Notes: generated by a model from the letters alone, not told the origin. Shown: positions 48,482 through 57,979, counted from the first letter of the stretch. The stretch is 64,000 nucleotides of DNA from Phycisphaeraceae bacterium (GCA_963674705.1 OY771506.1:3776001-3840000); one strand, 5' to 3'. A program made the numbers and translations.

Positions 48482-49396
48482 TCAGTTGGAGCCGATCGCT
48501 TTGAGTGCGGCCTCGGGCAGGTCGCCGAAACTGGTTACCACGGTCGCGCCGGCTTCGGTCAAAGCCTTGACCTTGCCGTCGTGCGTGCCTTTACCGCCCT
48601 CGATAATCGCACCGGCATGGCTGAATCGCGTGCCTTCCTTTGCCGCCTTCCCGCCGATGTATGCAACGACAGGCTTAGTCACCCGGCCTTCTTTCATCAG
48701 CGCCGCAAGGTCTTCTTCCTGTGACCCACCGATTTCTCCGAAGATCACGATCGCTTCGGTGTCCGGATCGTCCTGGAACATCAACGCGACATCGGGGAAT
48801 CGCAAGCCGAGTACCGAATCACCGCCGACGTGACAGATCGTGCTCAATCCGATCCCGACCTTGCCAAGGTAATACGCAGTGGATGAACTCATGCCGCCCG
48901 ATCGGCTGATCACGCCGACCTTGCCCGGTTTGAACCATGCCTTGGCGCTTTCCGCGCGTCCGCCGATCATACCGAGCACAGCTTTGCCCGGGCTGATGAT
49001 GCCCAGCGTGTTCGGTCCGACAAAATGCGCATCATGAGACTTGGCAACATCTGCGATCTGGATCGCATCCCAGACCGGTACACGGTCCGGCACGAGCACG
49101 ACGAGTTTGACGCCGGCTTCAAACGCTTCGATCGCCGCTGCTTTAACGAGCTTGGCTGGAACGAACACGACCGACACATCCGCCGGCCCGCCGTGTTTTC
49201 CCCTGCAAAATGCTTCTGCTTCCTTAACCGTATCAAAGACCGGCAAGCCTTCGACTTCCTGCCCGCCTTTCTTAGGCGTGCAACCGCCGACAACATTCGT
49301 GCCGTAACCGAGCATCAGTTTGGTACGTGCCTGGCCCTCTCGGCCGGTAATGCCCTGAACGATGACACGCTTCTTTTCGTCGATGAGTACTGCCAT
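48482..49396 (-). CDS. Succinyl-/citryl-CoA synthetase alpha-like subunit (CoA-binding, phospho-His)
   Basis: VQGITG, GPNTLG, SRSGG, GEIGG, FSHAGA. Confidence 0.88.
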   Translation of the reverse strand: MAVLIDEKKRVIVQGITGREGQARTKLMLGYGTNVVGGCTPKKGGQEVEGLPVFDTVKEAEAFCRGKHGGPADVSVVFVPAKLVKAAAIEAFEAGVKLVVLVPDRVPVWDAIQIADVAKSHDAHFVGPNTLGIISPGKAVLGMIGGRAESAKAWFKPGKVGVISRSGGMSSSTAYYLGKVGIGLSTICHVGGDSVLGLRFPDVALMFQDDPDTEAIVIFGEIGGSQEEDLAALMKEGRVTKPVVAYIGGKAAKEGTRFSHAGAIIEGGKGTHDGKVKALTEAGATVVTSFGDLPEAALKAIGSN

Positions 49397-49399
49397 GAT

Positions 49400-50950
49400 T
49401 CAGTTCCCTCCCCCGATTGTTGCAACCGCGCCGATAAGCTCATCCAGCCCCGGCACATCCAGTTCAACATAAACCACCGGCTTACCCGCACGACGCAACT
49501 CAATCTCGCAGGCAATAAATTCCGAATCCTTCCCGACCGCGTCCTCCTCACTGACAGCGAGAACAGGAACGCCGCCTTCATCCTTGAGCAGGCCTGATGA
49601 TTGTTCGATGACCAATTGCGTGGTCTTGGTATCGCATGAAGCGGAATCGATCCAGACTTTCCCGCCGTTGATGGGAATCGAAGTGCCTGTACCGACAAAC
49701 GCGGGTAACTTCGGATCGCGCGGCTGCCACAGCGCCGCATCAGATTCGGCGATCAACTCAGCAAAACGCTGCGAGATCATGCGAGGCGAATCATCCTTGC
49801 GATAGCCTTCGACCTTGGCGGGCAGGTCCTTGCAGGCATCTTCCAATACTTCAACCGCTCGGTCTTCACTGTTGCCACCGAGTCGAATCACTGCGGGGAT
49901 GTTCAGTTCCAGTTCGAGGAACGCCTTGGTTAAACCATACGCCGACCAGAACTGCTCCTGGCTGGCAACACCCGACCCGGAGCCGAAGTAGCCGACCAGG
50001 CCGGGTTGACTCAGGATGATTCTCGCTGCGCGGTAGACCTTCGCGGCCGAGGGATTGCCCGATGTATCCGTGAAGTTGGCGATCGTGAATCCTTCGCTCA
50101 TGATCGCATCCATCGACATCATCGAACCGCCGCCGCCCGCGCCATGGAAACCGACCAGGCCTTTTGAGCCTTCCGCCGCTTTGGTATTGAGCTGCGCGAA
50201 GTAGAACGTTCCGCGGTGGTCCGCTTGCTCGATCTCGTAAGCGATCCGCTCCAAGGCGGTGGGGGGGTGGTCCAGTTCACGCGCGATTTCGATCCCCAGT
50301 TCCGGATGCCGGAATACCGCGTAGTCGTCGATCGTCATCCGGCAGTCTGCCGCGATCACGCGACCATCCGTCGTCGTAACCAGCGGGTTGATTTCAAGCG
50401 AGCGTGCTTCGTATGTCTTCGCGACTTCGAACACGCCTTGCACTGATTTGGCGACTTGGTCATGCAGCTTCGCATTGATTTCGGATGCTGCGATTAATGC
50501 TTTCAGCTTCGCCTCATCCGGTCCGGCCTTCGGATCGCACGCTAACCGATGCACCTGCCCGGCGCGCTGCTCGATCCCCGATCCGCCGACCAGTGAAAGC
50601 AGGATCATCGGCGCCCTTGCCGCATCATCCAGCGCCAGTGAGACGAACAGCTCCTGATCGATCGGCACCAGTTCCTCGACCAGCACCTCCGTCACCGGGA
50701 AGTTGCCGACCGTCATCGCCAGAAGTCGTTTGGCTTCGTCCTCGACCTGCTGGGGTGTGTCCGCAAAGACAACCCCCCCCATCGCCTTTCGGCCGGTGGT
50801 CCAGGCCTGGATTTTGATGACGACCGATCCACCCAGTGATTCGGCGATCCGGGCAGCTTCCGCGGGTGTTGAAGCGGGGCCTCCGCGTGGTATTTGAAAG
50901 CCGTGCTTGGCCAGCAAAGCTTTGGCCTGATACTCGTGAATACGTGCCAT
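49400..50950 (-). CDS. Succinyl-/citryl-CoA synthetase beta-like ATP-grasp subunit with C-terminal extension
   Basis: IHEYQAK, KIQAWTTGRKAMGGV, EINPL, GAGGGGSM, NFTDTSGNP, IRLGGN. Confidence 0.85.
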   Translation of the reverse strand: MARIHEYQAKALLAKHGFQIPRGGPASTPAEAARIAESLGGSVVIKIQAWTTGRKAMGGVVFADTPQQVEDEAKRLLAMTVGNFPVTEVLVEELVPIDQELFVSLALDDAARAPMILLSLVGGSGIEQRAGQVHRLACDPKAGPDEAKLKALIAASEINAKLHDQVAKSVQGVFEVAKTYEARSLEINPLVTTTDGRVIAADCRMTIDDYAVFRHPELGIEIARELDHPPTALERIAYEIEQADHRGTFYFAQLNTKAAEGSKGLVGFHGAGGGGSMMSMDAIMSEGFTIANFTDTSGNPSAAKVYRAARIILSQPGLVGYFGSGSGVASQEQFWSAYGLTKAFLELELNIPAVIRLGGNSEDRAVEVLEDACKDLPAKVEGYRKDDSPRMISQRFAELIAESDAALWQPRDPKLPAFVGTGTSIPINGGKVWIDSASCDTKTTQLVIEQSSGLLKDEGGVPVLAVSEEDAVGKDSEFIACEIELRRAGKPVVYVELDVPGLDELIGAVATIGGGN

Positions 50951-51230
50951 AGACCATTCCCCAATAACTGGATTTCCGCGGCGGCCACTCCGTCGCAGGA
51001 CATATAATAACCATAATAACTCTCTTTACTAGGGCCCCAGAGCGACTTTTGTTATGAAATTGACGTGACTTAGTCGTTGCACGGAGCAGTCAGTGGGACA
51101 TAGGGCAAGTTTCCTTGTCTCGGGGAATTACCGGCCTTCAAATATGTGTATATTGGCGTCCCACCCGGCCTGCCGATGGATCGGTACTCGCCGCGTGTAT
51201 CTATCCTTACATCTACATAAGAGATTCGCC

Positions 51231-53321
51231 ATGACGACGTTCCGCCCGCCAAGTGACAAGATCGAACAGAAAGCCATCAACACCATCCGAACCCTGAGTA
51301 TGGACGCCATTCAGGCCGCCAACTCGGGCCACCCCGGCACAGCCATGTCCATGGCCCCCTTGGCTTACCTGCTCTGGAACAAGCACCTGAACTACAACCC
51401 CGCCGACCCGATGTGGGCGAACCGTGATCGCTTCGTCCTCTCGGCCGGGCACGCCTCCATGCTGCTCTACTCCATGCTGCACCTGACCGGCGTCAAGCAG
51501 CTCGATGAAAATGAGGACCCGACCGACGCCCCGGCCGTCAGCCTCGACCAGATCAAGAAGTTCCGCCAGCTTGGTAGCAAATGCCCGGGCCATCCCGAGT
51601 ACCGCTGGACCTCAGGCGTCGAAACCACCACCGGCCCCCTCGGCCAAGGCCTGGCTAACAGCGTCGGTATGGCGATCGCCGGCAAATGGCTGGCTGCTCG
51701 TTATAACAAGCCCGATTTCGAAATCTACAACTACGACACCTTCGCGCTCTGCGGCGACGGCTGCATGATGGAAGGTATCTCCAACGAGGCCGCTTCAATC
51801 GCAGGCCACCTTAAACTCAGCAACCTCTGCTGGATCTACGACAGCAACCGCATCACCATCGAAGGCGACACCGACCTCGCGTTCACCGAAGACGTCGCCG
51901 GCCGCTTCTCCGCGCTGGGCTGGCGGGTCATCAAGGTCGGTGACGCCAACAACCTCGAAATGCTCGATGTCGCGATCAAGCACTTCCGCGAGGAAACCGA
52001 CAAGCCCACGCTGATCATTGTCAAGAGCCACATCGCCTTCGGCGCGCCCAACCTTCAGGACACAGCCGACGCACACGGCGCTCCGCTCGGTGAAGAAGAA
52101 GTCAAACTCACCAAGAAGGGGTACGGCTGGCCCGAAGATGCACAGTTCCTCGTGCCGGATGAAGTGCTCGAACACTTCGCACAAGGCATCGGCAAACGTG
52201 GCACGGAAGCTCAAAACGCATGGTCTGAAAAGTTCAATGTATACAAAGCCAAGCATGCCGACCTTGCATCTCAGATCGAATTGATGCAGAAGGGGCAGTT
52301 GCCCGAGGATTGGGATAGTAAACTGCCTAAGTTCGATGCGGATGCCAAGGGTGTTGCCAGTCGCGCCAGCTCCGGCAAGGTGCTCAACGGCCTGGCGGAA
52401 TGTTACCCATGGCTTATCGGTGGCGCTGCCGACCTCGCACCGTCTACCAAGACATTCCTCAACTTTGATGACGCCGGTACGTTCACCGCTTCGACACCCC
52501 AAGGGCGCAACTTCCACTTCGGTGTCCGCGAACACGCCATGGCATCGATCTGTAACGGCATGGCAACCTGCAAAGTCCGCCCGTACAACTCGGGCTTCTT
52601 CATATTCAGCGACTATGCCCGCCCAGCGATCCGCCTTGCTGCCTTGATGGAAATCCCCGTCATCTATGTCTTCACACACGATTCGATCGGCGTCGGCGAA
52701 GACGGCCCGACCCACCAGCCCGTCGAACACCTCGCTTCGCTCCGCGCGATGCCCGGCCTGATCACACTCCGGCCGGCCGATGCCAACGAAGTCGTCGAAG
52801 CCTGGAAAGTCGTCGCTCAGCTCAAACACGAGCCGGCCGCACTGGTAATGTCGCGGCAGAATCTGCCGACGCTTGACCGCACGGAGTTCGCCTCGGCTGA
52901 GGGCGTCAGCAAGGGTGCGTACATTCTCACCGATGCCGACCTCGGCGACCCCGAAGTTATCTTGATCGGTTCGGGCAGTGAATTGCAACTCTGCGTCGAA
53001 GCCTATCGCCAACTCACCGAAGACGGCGTGCAGGCGCGCGTGGTCAGCATGCCTAGTTGGGAATTGTTCGAGGCTCAGCCTGAAGCATACAAGCAGCAGG
53101 TACTACCCCGTGAATGCAAAGCACGCGTCGCTGTCGAAATGGGTTCGACCTTCGGCTGGGAACGCTACGTCGGCTGCACCGGCGCGATTGTCGGTATGGA
53201 TTCCTTCGGCTCGTCCGCTCCGCTCAAGGACCTGCTCAAGAAGTTCAACTTCACCGCCGAAGCCGTCGTCGAAGCCGCACGTGAGCAATTGGAATGTAAC
53301 GAGAACACACCGGTGGTATAA
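51231..53321 (+). CDS. tkt: Transketolase
   Basis: ANSGHPG, RDRFVLSAGH, TGPLGQG, GDGCMMEG, THDSIGVGEDGPTHQP. Confidence 0.97.
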   Translation: MTTFRPPSDKIEQKAINTIRTLSMDAIQAANSGHPGTAMSMAPLAYLLWNKHLNYNPADPMWANRDRFVLSAGHASMLLYSMLHLTGVKQLDENEDPTDAPAVSLDQIKKFRQLGSKCPGHPEYRWTSGVETTTGPLGQGLANSVGMAIAGKWLAARYNKPDFEIYNYDTFALCGDGCMMEGISNEAASIAGHLKLSNLCWIYDSNRITIEGDTDLAFTEDVAGRFSALGWRVIKVGDANNLEMLDVAIKHFREETDKPTLIIVKSHIAFGAPNLQDTADAHGAPLGEEEVKLTKKGYGWPEDAQFLVPDEVLEHFAQGIGKRGTEAQNAWSEKFNVYKAKHADLASQIELMQKGQLPEDWDSKLPKFDADAKGVASRASSGKVLNGLAECYPWLIGGAADLAPSTKTFLNFDDAGTFTASTPQGRNFHFGVREHAMASICNGMATCKVRPYNSGFFIFSDYARPAIRLAALMEIPVIYVFTHDSIGVGEDGPTHQPVEHLASLRAMPGLITLRPADANEVVEAWKVVAQLKHEPAALVMSRQNLPTLDRTEFASAEGVSKGAYILTDADLGDPEVILIGSGSELQLCVEAYRQLTEDGVQARVVSMPSWELFEAQPEAYKQQVLPRECKARVAVEMGSTFGWERYVGCTGAIVGMDSFGSSAPLKDLLKKFNFTAEAVVEAAREQLECNENTPVV

Positions 53322-53386
53322 CACGGTGATGTGTAATGTTGGTGTGACAGTCTCACACTGATAAGACAATCCGTTTGGAGGTAAAA

Positions 53387-54544
53387 ATGGCGGTTATCAG
53401 CCGGCTGGGTGCTGTTAGTATTGCGTGTCTTTGTTTGATGGTTGTTATCACTTCAATCGCACAGGCTGAACCGTCTTTCGAATCGCAGGTCCTCTTCGAA
53501 AAAGTGCGCATCCCCAGGCTGATCGTCGCGCAGGACGGCAGCGTGCTTGCGTTTGCCGACAGTTGCCGTGTGTTGCGTCGCAGTGAAGATCAAGGCAAGA
53601 CATGGAGCGAGTCTGTCAAAGTCGGCAATGACGCGACCGGTAACGTCGTCCTCGATGAAACCACCGGTGACCTGCTCATCGTCAACGGCAAAGGGTATCT
53701 CTACCGTAGCCAGGACCACGGCAAAACATGGGAACGTGAAGAGATCTCTTTCAACCCCAACGCCGAAGGTTATGGCGTGCCCGACAACGTTCCCGTCAAC
53801 CTGAATTGTTCCGAGTCAGGCATCACACTCCAGTACGGCGAACACAAGGGCCGGCTTCTCATGCCCGTCCGCCTGCAACCGCCGCACGGCGATAACGCTC
53901 AGGAATACTGGGTCTACGACTACAACTCTGCGATCTACAGCGACGATCACGGCAAAACCTGGCAGGTCAGCGACCCCGTGCAAAGCGGTACCGGTGAAGG
54001 CACGCTCGCTGAACTCTCCGATGGCAGGCTCTACTTCAATTCACGCAGCCACCTGTCCATCGATCACCGCAGACAGATCGCATGGAGCCGTGACGGCGGG
54101 CACCGCTGGACCGATTGGTACGTCACCGAAGATCTGCGCGAAGTCGGCCAGCCTTTCTACTTCAAGTACGGCAGCAAACCCAGCTACGGCTGCAACGCCG
54201 GACTCGTACGTCTGCCTCTTGAAGTAACCGACGGTAAGGACGTACTGCTCTACAGTACACCCGACAATCCCGGCAGCGAACGGCTCAAAATGACCGTCTG
54301 GGCCAGCTTCGATCAAACACAGACATGGCCAGTCAAACGCCTGGTATATGAAGGCCCCAGCGCCTACTCCACTCTCGCCGCCGACAAGGACGGCTGGATA
54401 TACCTGATGTACGAGAACGGCGACAAGAAACTCTACGAACGCCTCACCTTCGTCCGTTTCAACCTCGATTGGTTAGTCGATGGCGAAGACTGGCACGCCA
54501 TGCTTATGCCGGATGCTACGGACGCAACAGCCGATCCACAATAA
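53387..54544 (+). CDS. Secreted sialidase-family (BNR/Asp-box) protein
   Basis: GGAGG SD; signal peptide; RIP motif; repeated SxDxGxTW Asp boxes; SAYS. Confidence 0.88.
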   Translation: MAVISRLGAVSIACLCLMVVITSIAQAEPSFESQVLFEKVRIPRLIVAQDGSVLAFADSCRVLRRSEDQGKTWSESVKVGNDATGNVVLDETTGDLLIVNGKGYLYRSQDHGKTWEREEISFNPNAEGYGVPDNVPVNLNCSESGITLQYGEHKGRLLMPVRLQPPHGDNAQEYWVYDYNSAIYSDDHGKTWQVSDPVQSGTGEGTLAELSDGRLYFNSRSHLSIDHRRQIAWSRDGGHRWTDWYVTEDLREVGQPFYFKYGSKPSYGCNAGLVRLPLEVTDGKDVLLYSTPDNPGSERLKMTVWASFDQTQTWPVKRLVYEGPSAYSTLAADKDGWIYLMYENGDKKLYERLTFVRFNLDWLVDGEDWHAMLMPDATDATADPQ

Positions 54545-54628
54545 AGCCAATCATCTCGCCGCCCCGGTCGAGAACCTGCTTCCACACATAGCCCGACCAT
54601 TCTGATCGGGTTTCTTCTTTGGTTGTTG

Positions 54629-55621
54629 TTAACAACATACCGCCGCTTGCTCTTTGGCCATCCCCGTAAACAGTTCCGTCGAGAAGTATCTTTCCATCCG
54701 GTCGCAGAACACGGTAACAACCTTCGCATTCGGTCCAAGTTCTTTCGCCGCTTCGACCGCCGCCGCGTAATTCAAACCCGAACTCGGCCCGACCGGGAAG
54801 CCCCGCTTGATCAATTTGCGTGTCGTATCAATCGCCAGCCGATCGTCGACCTCAACCTCGACCAGCCCCGGCATATCGTCCGGGTTATAAATCTTCGACA
54901 TGTTATCCAGCACGCCCGGGATGCAGCTCGAATAGCTGCAATGCTCCGTATCATGGAAACATCCCGCACACGCCGCCGGCGTTCCGCCATGACTCACAGG
55001 CCTCGCCGCATAAGGCTTCGCACAGCAGCCGTGATCATTCAACCCGTTGTACAGACCAACCAGCGTCCCGCCCGTGCCGACACCGCTCACGACTGCGTCC
55101 ACGCACTCACCCGGTATCTGTGTCACGATCTCGCGAGCTGTGTACAGACGATGTGCCTGGGCGTTGTCAGTGTTTTCAAACTGGCGGGGCAAATAAGCGC
55201 CTTCCTTGATCGCCAACTCACGAGACACGCGCACCGAACCCATCACGCCTTCTTCACGCGGGCTCAGCACGACCTCACCGCCGTAAGCTTTGATCATCAT
55301 CGATCGCTCATTACTCACGCCCTCCGGCATCACCGCGATGAACCGTAAGCCCAACTGCGAAGACACCATCGCCATCGCGATGCTCGTCGATCCGCTGGAT
55401 GCCTCGACCACGGCCGACCCCTTGCGGAGTTCACCCGCGCGCCAGGCCTTGGTCAGGATATACGTCGCGATCCGGTCCTTTGTCGACCCGCTGGGATTGA
55501 AGAACTCCAGCTTGCACCAGATCGCCGGCCCACCCGCCTCCAGCGTTACCGGCACCAACGGCGTATAAGGCGTCGCCCCCAAATAAAACCCATCCTCCGG
55601 CAAATGCTGCGGCTCCATCAT
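54629..55621 (-). CDS. Cysteine synthase family PLP enzyme (atypical)
   Basis: KLEFFNPSGSTKDR, EASSGST, GVGTGGT, VGPSSG. Confidence 0.85.
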   Translation of the reverse strand: MMEPQHLPEDGFYLGATPYTPLVPVTLEAGGPAIWCKLEFFNPSGSTKDRIATYILTKAWRAGELRKGSAVVEASSGSTSIAMAMVSSQLGLRFIAVMPEGVSNERSMMIKAYGGEVVLSPREEGVMGSVRVSRELAIKEGAYLPRQFENTDNAQAHRLYTAREIVTQIPGECVDAVVSGVGTGGTLVGLYNGLNDHGCCAKPYAARPVSHGGTPAACAGCFHDTEHCSYSSCIPGVLDNMSKIYNPDDMPGLVEVEVDDRLAIDTTRKLIKRGFPVGPSSGLNYAAAVEAAKELGPNAKVVTVFCDRMERYFSTELFTGMAKEQAAVCC

Positions 55622-55671
55622 GCTGATCTCCCATGGTTAGTTGCCCGTAGTATAAGCGCAGGAGCTGGAGA

Positions 55672-55856
55672 AGGGTGTGGGGTTTGGGGTGAAGGGTGTG
55701 GGGTCAAGGCGGGAATACTTGATTCAGTCGCCGGATGCCCCTTATCGAGACATGAGCATCAACAACTATCCGCCATTCTCATTCGACATTCGAGCATTCG
55801 TGCATTTTTCCGCACCCTACACCCAACACCCTACACCCAACACCCTAAACCCTACA
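55672..55856. repeat. Inverted heptamer arrays bracketing a third short array
   Basis: agggtgt ggggttt ggggtga agggtgt (55672-55703); cattcga cattcga (about 55780-55806); cacccta cacccaa cacccta cacccaa cacccta aacccta (55813-55856). Confidence 0.7.
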
Positions 55857-55908
55857 TCCTGCTCCCACTAGCCCCCGACCTCCGAAACAGATACAATCCC
55901 ACTCCCCA

Positions 55909-55981
55909 GCGGGCGTAGCTCAATGGATAGAGCATCGGTCTTCGGAACCGAGGGTTGGGGGTTCGAGTCCTCCCGCCCGCG
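55909..55981 (+). tRNA. tRNA-Arg (anticodon TCG), CCA not encoded
   Basis: Acceptor GCGGGCG/CGCCCGC; D arm GCTC/GAGC; anticodon stem TCGGT/ACCGA with loop CT-TCG-GA; T arm GGGGG-TTCGAGT-CCTCC; TACAAT upstream. Confidence 0.95.
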
Positions 55982-55985
55982 TTTT

Positions 55986-56441
55986 TCAACTCTGTGTATC
56001 TCTAACGATCGCTTCGCCACATTCCGGGCAAGTACTGGAATCCTGACTGCCGCGAAGGTCGTAGCCGCAACCGGTACATTGACCGTGCTCAATCCTGCGT
56101 GGCCACTTCTTCATGATATGCAGGACAGGCCAGGCTATTAGCACAATAAACGGGAACCACATCGGAATAACGACAACCCATCCATTGATCACAGGCAATG
56201 TTTTGTACTCAAAACTCCAAATATCAAGAATGAAGGCTAATCTGGGCAGCTCTGGTCCGTGATATGCAATCACAAGCTTCCATGAAAGTGTTCTGTCATA
56301 CGTAATGATGGTGTCGCCATGTAGTAAATCGATCATCAGCGTGGTCGTTGAACTAACCGGCCACCACGTCTCAACATGGTAAATCAATGAGATCCCCCAA
56401 AGCACACCCATTAATATGCCGACGACCGTCACAATAATCAT
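55986..56441 (-). CDS. Hypothetical membrane protein with C-terminal zinc ribbon
   Basis: IPMWFPFI..W and GQCTGCGYDLRG...CPECG; start uncertain. Confidence 0.7.
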   Translation of the reverse strand: MIIVTVVGILMGVLWGISLIYHVETWWPVSSTTTLMIDLLHGDTIITYDRTLSWKLVIAYHGPELPRLAFILDIWSFEYKTLPVINGWVVVIPMWFPFIVLIAWPVLHIMKKWPRRIEHGQCTGCGYDLRGSQDSSTCPECGEAIVRDTQS

Positions 56442-56488
56442 TGTGCCGCGATAAACCCCAGCCGTGTTTTATTTGCCTCCGACTCATA

Positions 56489-57979
56489 TCACTTCTCCCC
56501 CGGCCACTTCCAGTTCGGATGGCGGATATACGTCAGCGCCTCCTTCACACTCACGCCGTCATTCGCCTGCTTGCCAAGCATCTGGCAGCGTTCATGCCAT
56601 TTATCGCGTTCCCACTTGCCGGGCTTGTATTGCTTGCGCGTCGGGACCTTGTTGCCTACGAGCATGACGAGGAAGCCCTCGACGCCGAAGTCGTTGACGA
56701 AGTCGGGAACAAGGTGGCGGATCAGCCTGGATGGACCGTTCTCTTCGTAAAAATCCAGCAGGTGTTGGATATTGGATAGGTCGGTTTCCTCCCGGCAGCG
56801 CTGCCAGAAGGGGGTATCCAGCGACGTGTTGAACTTGTAGTGAAGCCCAAGAAAGTCGCGGATCAACAGCCACTCTTTTTCGCGCAGGTCGTTGTACATC
56901 GAACGCATCGTCGCGGAGTGTTCGAGCGTCGATTGCTGGAGCATCACCCCGATCGTTTTACACTGGTTGCAGATCACCATCAATGCCGTTGCTTCCAAAG
57001 GCTCAACAAATCCCGCCGAGTTGCCGATCGCGACCACGTTCTTCACCCATGACCGTTTCCTGAACCCGGAAGTAAACGGCACGAAGCGCGGCTCACCCGG
57101 CACCTTCGGGTTCTTCTTCTTAAATGCAGCAAACGCCTCATCATCGCTGATCATATCGCTGCAATAAACGTAACCGCGGTTAATGAAGTGTTCATGTTCG
57201 ATCTGCCAGCACCAGCCGCAATCCATCTGCTCCGCCGTCGTGTAAGGCAGGATCGGCTCGTTCGTCCGCTCCCACCCGCCGACCACCGCACGATTGCAAA
57301 ACAGTGTCTTATCAAAACTCACGAACCGCTCATCCAGCACGCCACTGATCAACTCGTCCCTGAATCCGCTGGCATCGACGAAGAAGTCCGCTTCGATCCG
57401 CTGGCCGTCTTCAAGATGGATCGCGGCGATGCCTTGCTCCCCTTGCTCAGCCCGTGTCATCTTCCCATCGGTGAATTCGATCCCCGCCAAGCGAGCTTCT
57501 TCTTCAAGCGTCCGCACCAGGTTCTCGTTTTCGATATGAAACGAATAAGCGGAAGTGATCTGCGGCGCACGGTTAGGCAGACGCGGAAAAGCCTTGCCCG
57601 CCTCCATCAACGCCGCCGGCATCGATCCGTTGGAAAACTGATCCATGCAGAAAAAACCGTTCGGCACCTTCAGCTCGTTAAATTCCTGATCGAGCTGCTC
57701 GCCAAACGCATAGTAAAACGTGCCCCGAGGCCCCCAGCGAAACCGGATCCCCCGCTTAAACGTCGGCTTCGCCTTCTCATAAAACCGCCTCGGTGCAATC
57801 CCCATCATGCCGAAAAGATGCCCGACAAAATTAGGCGTGCTCCCTTCGCCCACCCCGATCACACCAATATCCGGGTCACGGACGATATGTACGTTGAGTT
57901 GCGGCAGCTTGCGCTTAAGTGTTATTGCCGCAATCAGGCCCGCACTGCCGGAGCCTAAGACAATCACTTTATGTATCAT
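56489..57979 (-). CDS. Flavin-dependent halogenase (tryptophan halogenase family)
   Basis: GSGSAG, IGVGEGS, TFKRGI (catalytic Lys), DASGF, WCWQI, GFVEPLEAT. Confidence 0.9.
   Translation of the reverse strand: MIHKVIVLGSGSAGLIAAITLKRKLPQLNVHIVRDPDIGVIGVGEGSTPNFVGHLFGMMGIAPRRFYEKAKPTFKRGIRFRWGPRGTFYYAFGEQLDQEFNELKVPNGFFCMDQFSNGSMPAALMEAGKAFPRLPNRAPQITSAYSFHIENENLVRTLEEEARLAGIEFTDGKMTRAEQGEQGIAAIHLEDGQRIEADFFVDASGFRDELISGVLDERFVSFDKTLFCNRAVVGGWERTNEPILPYTTAEQMDCGWCWQIEHEHFINRGYVYCSDMISDDEAFAAFKKKNPKVPGEPRFVPFTSGFRKRSWVKNVVAIGNSAGFVEPLEATALMVICNQCKTIGVMLQQSTLEHSATMRSMYNDLREKEWLLIRDFLGLHYKFNTSLDTPFWQRCREETDLSNIQHLLDFYEENGPSRLIRHLVPDFVNDFGVEGFLVMLVGNKVPTRKQYKPGKWERDKWHERCQMLGKQANDGVSVKEALTYIRHPNWKWPGEK

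Noticed and set aside
47687..50950. Evidence of autotrophic reverse TCA cycle
   Set aside because: No 2-oxoglutarate or pyruvate:ferredoxin oxidoreductase or fumarate reductase in the window; PrpD and homoaconitase-like partners point to a citrate analogue; direction cannot be inferred.
48482..50950. Naming these genes sucD/sucC
   Set aside because: Substrate-loop motifs and length differ from SucC, and the context is atypical.
51795..53012. Long antisense ORFs (also 5998-6969, 17346-18308, 45509-46669, 63096-63983)
   Set aside because: They are shadows of well-supported genes on the opposite strand, expected in high-GC DNA, with no family motifs.
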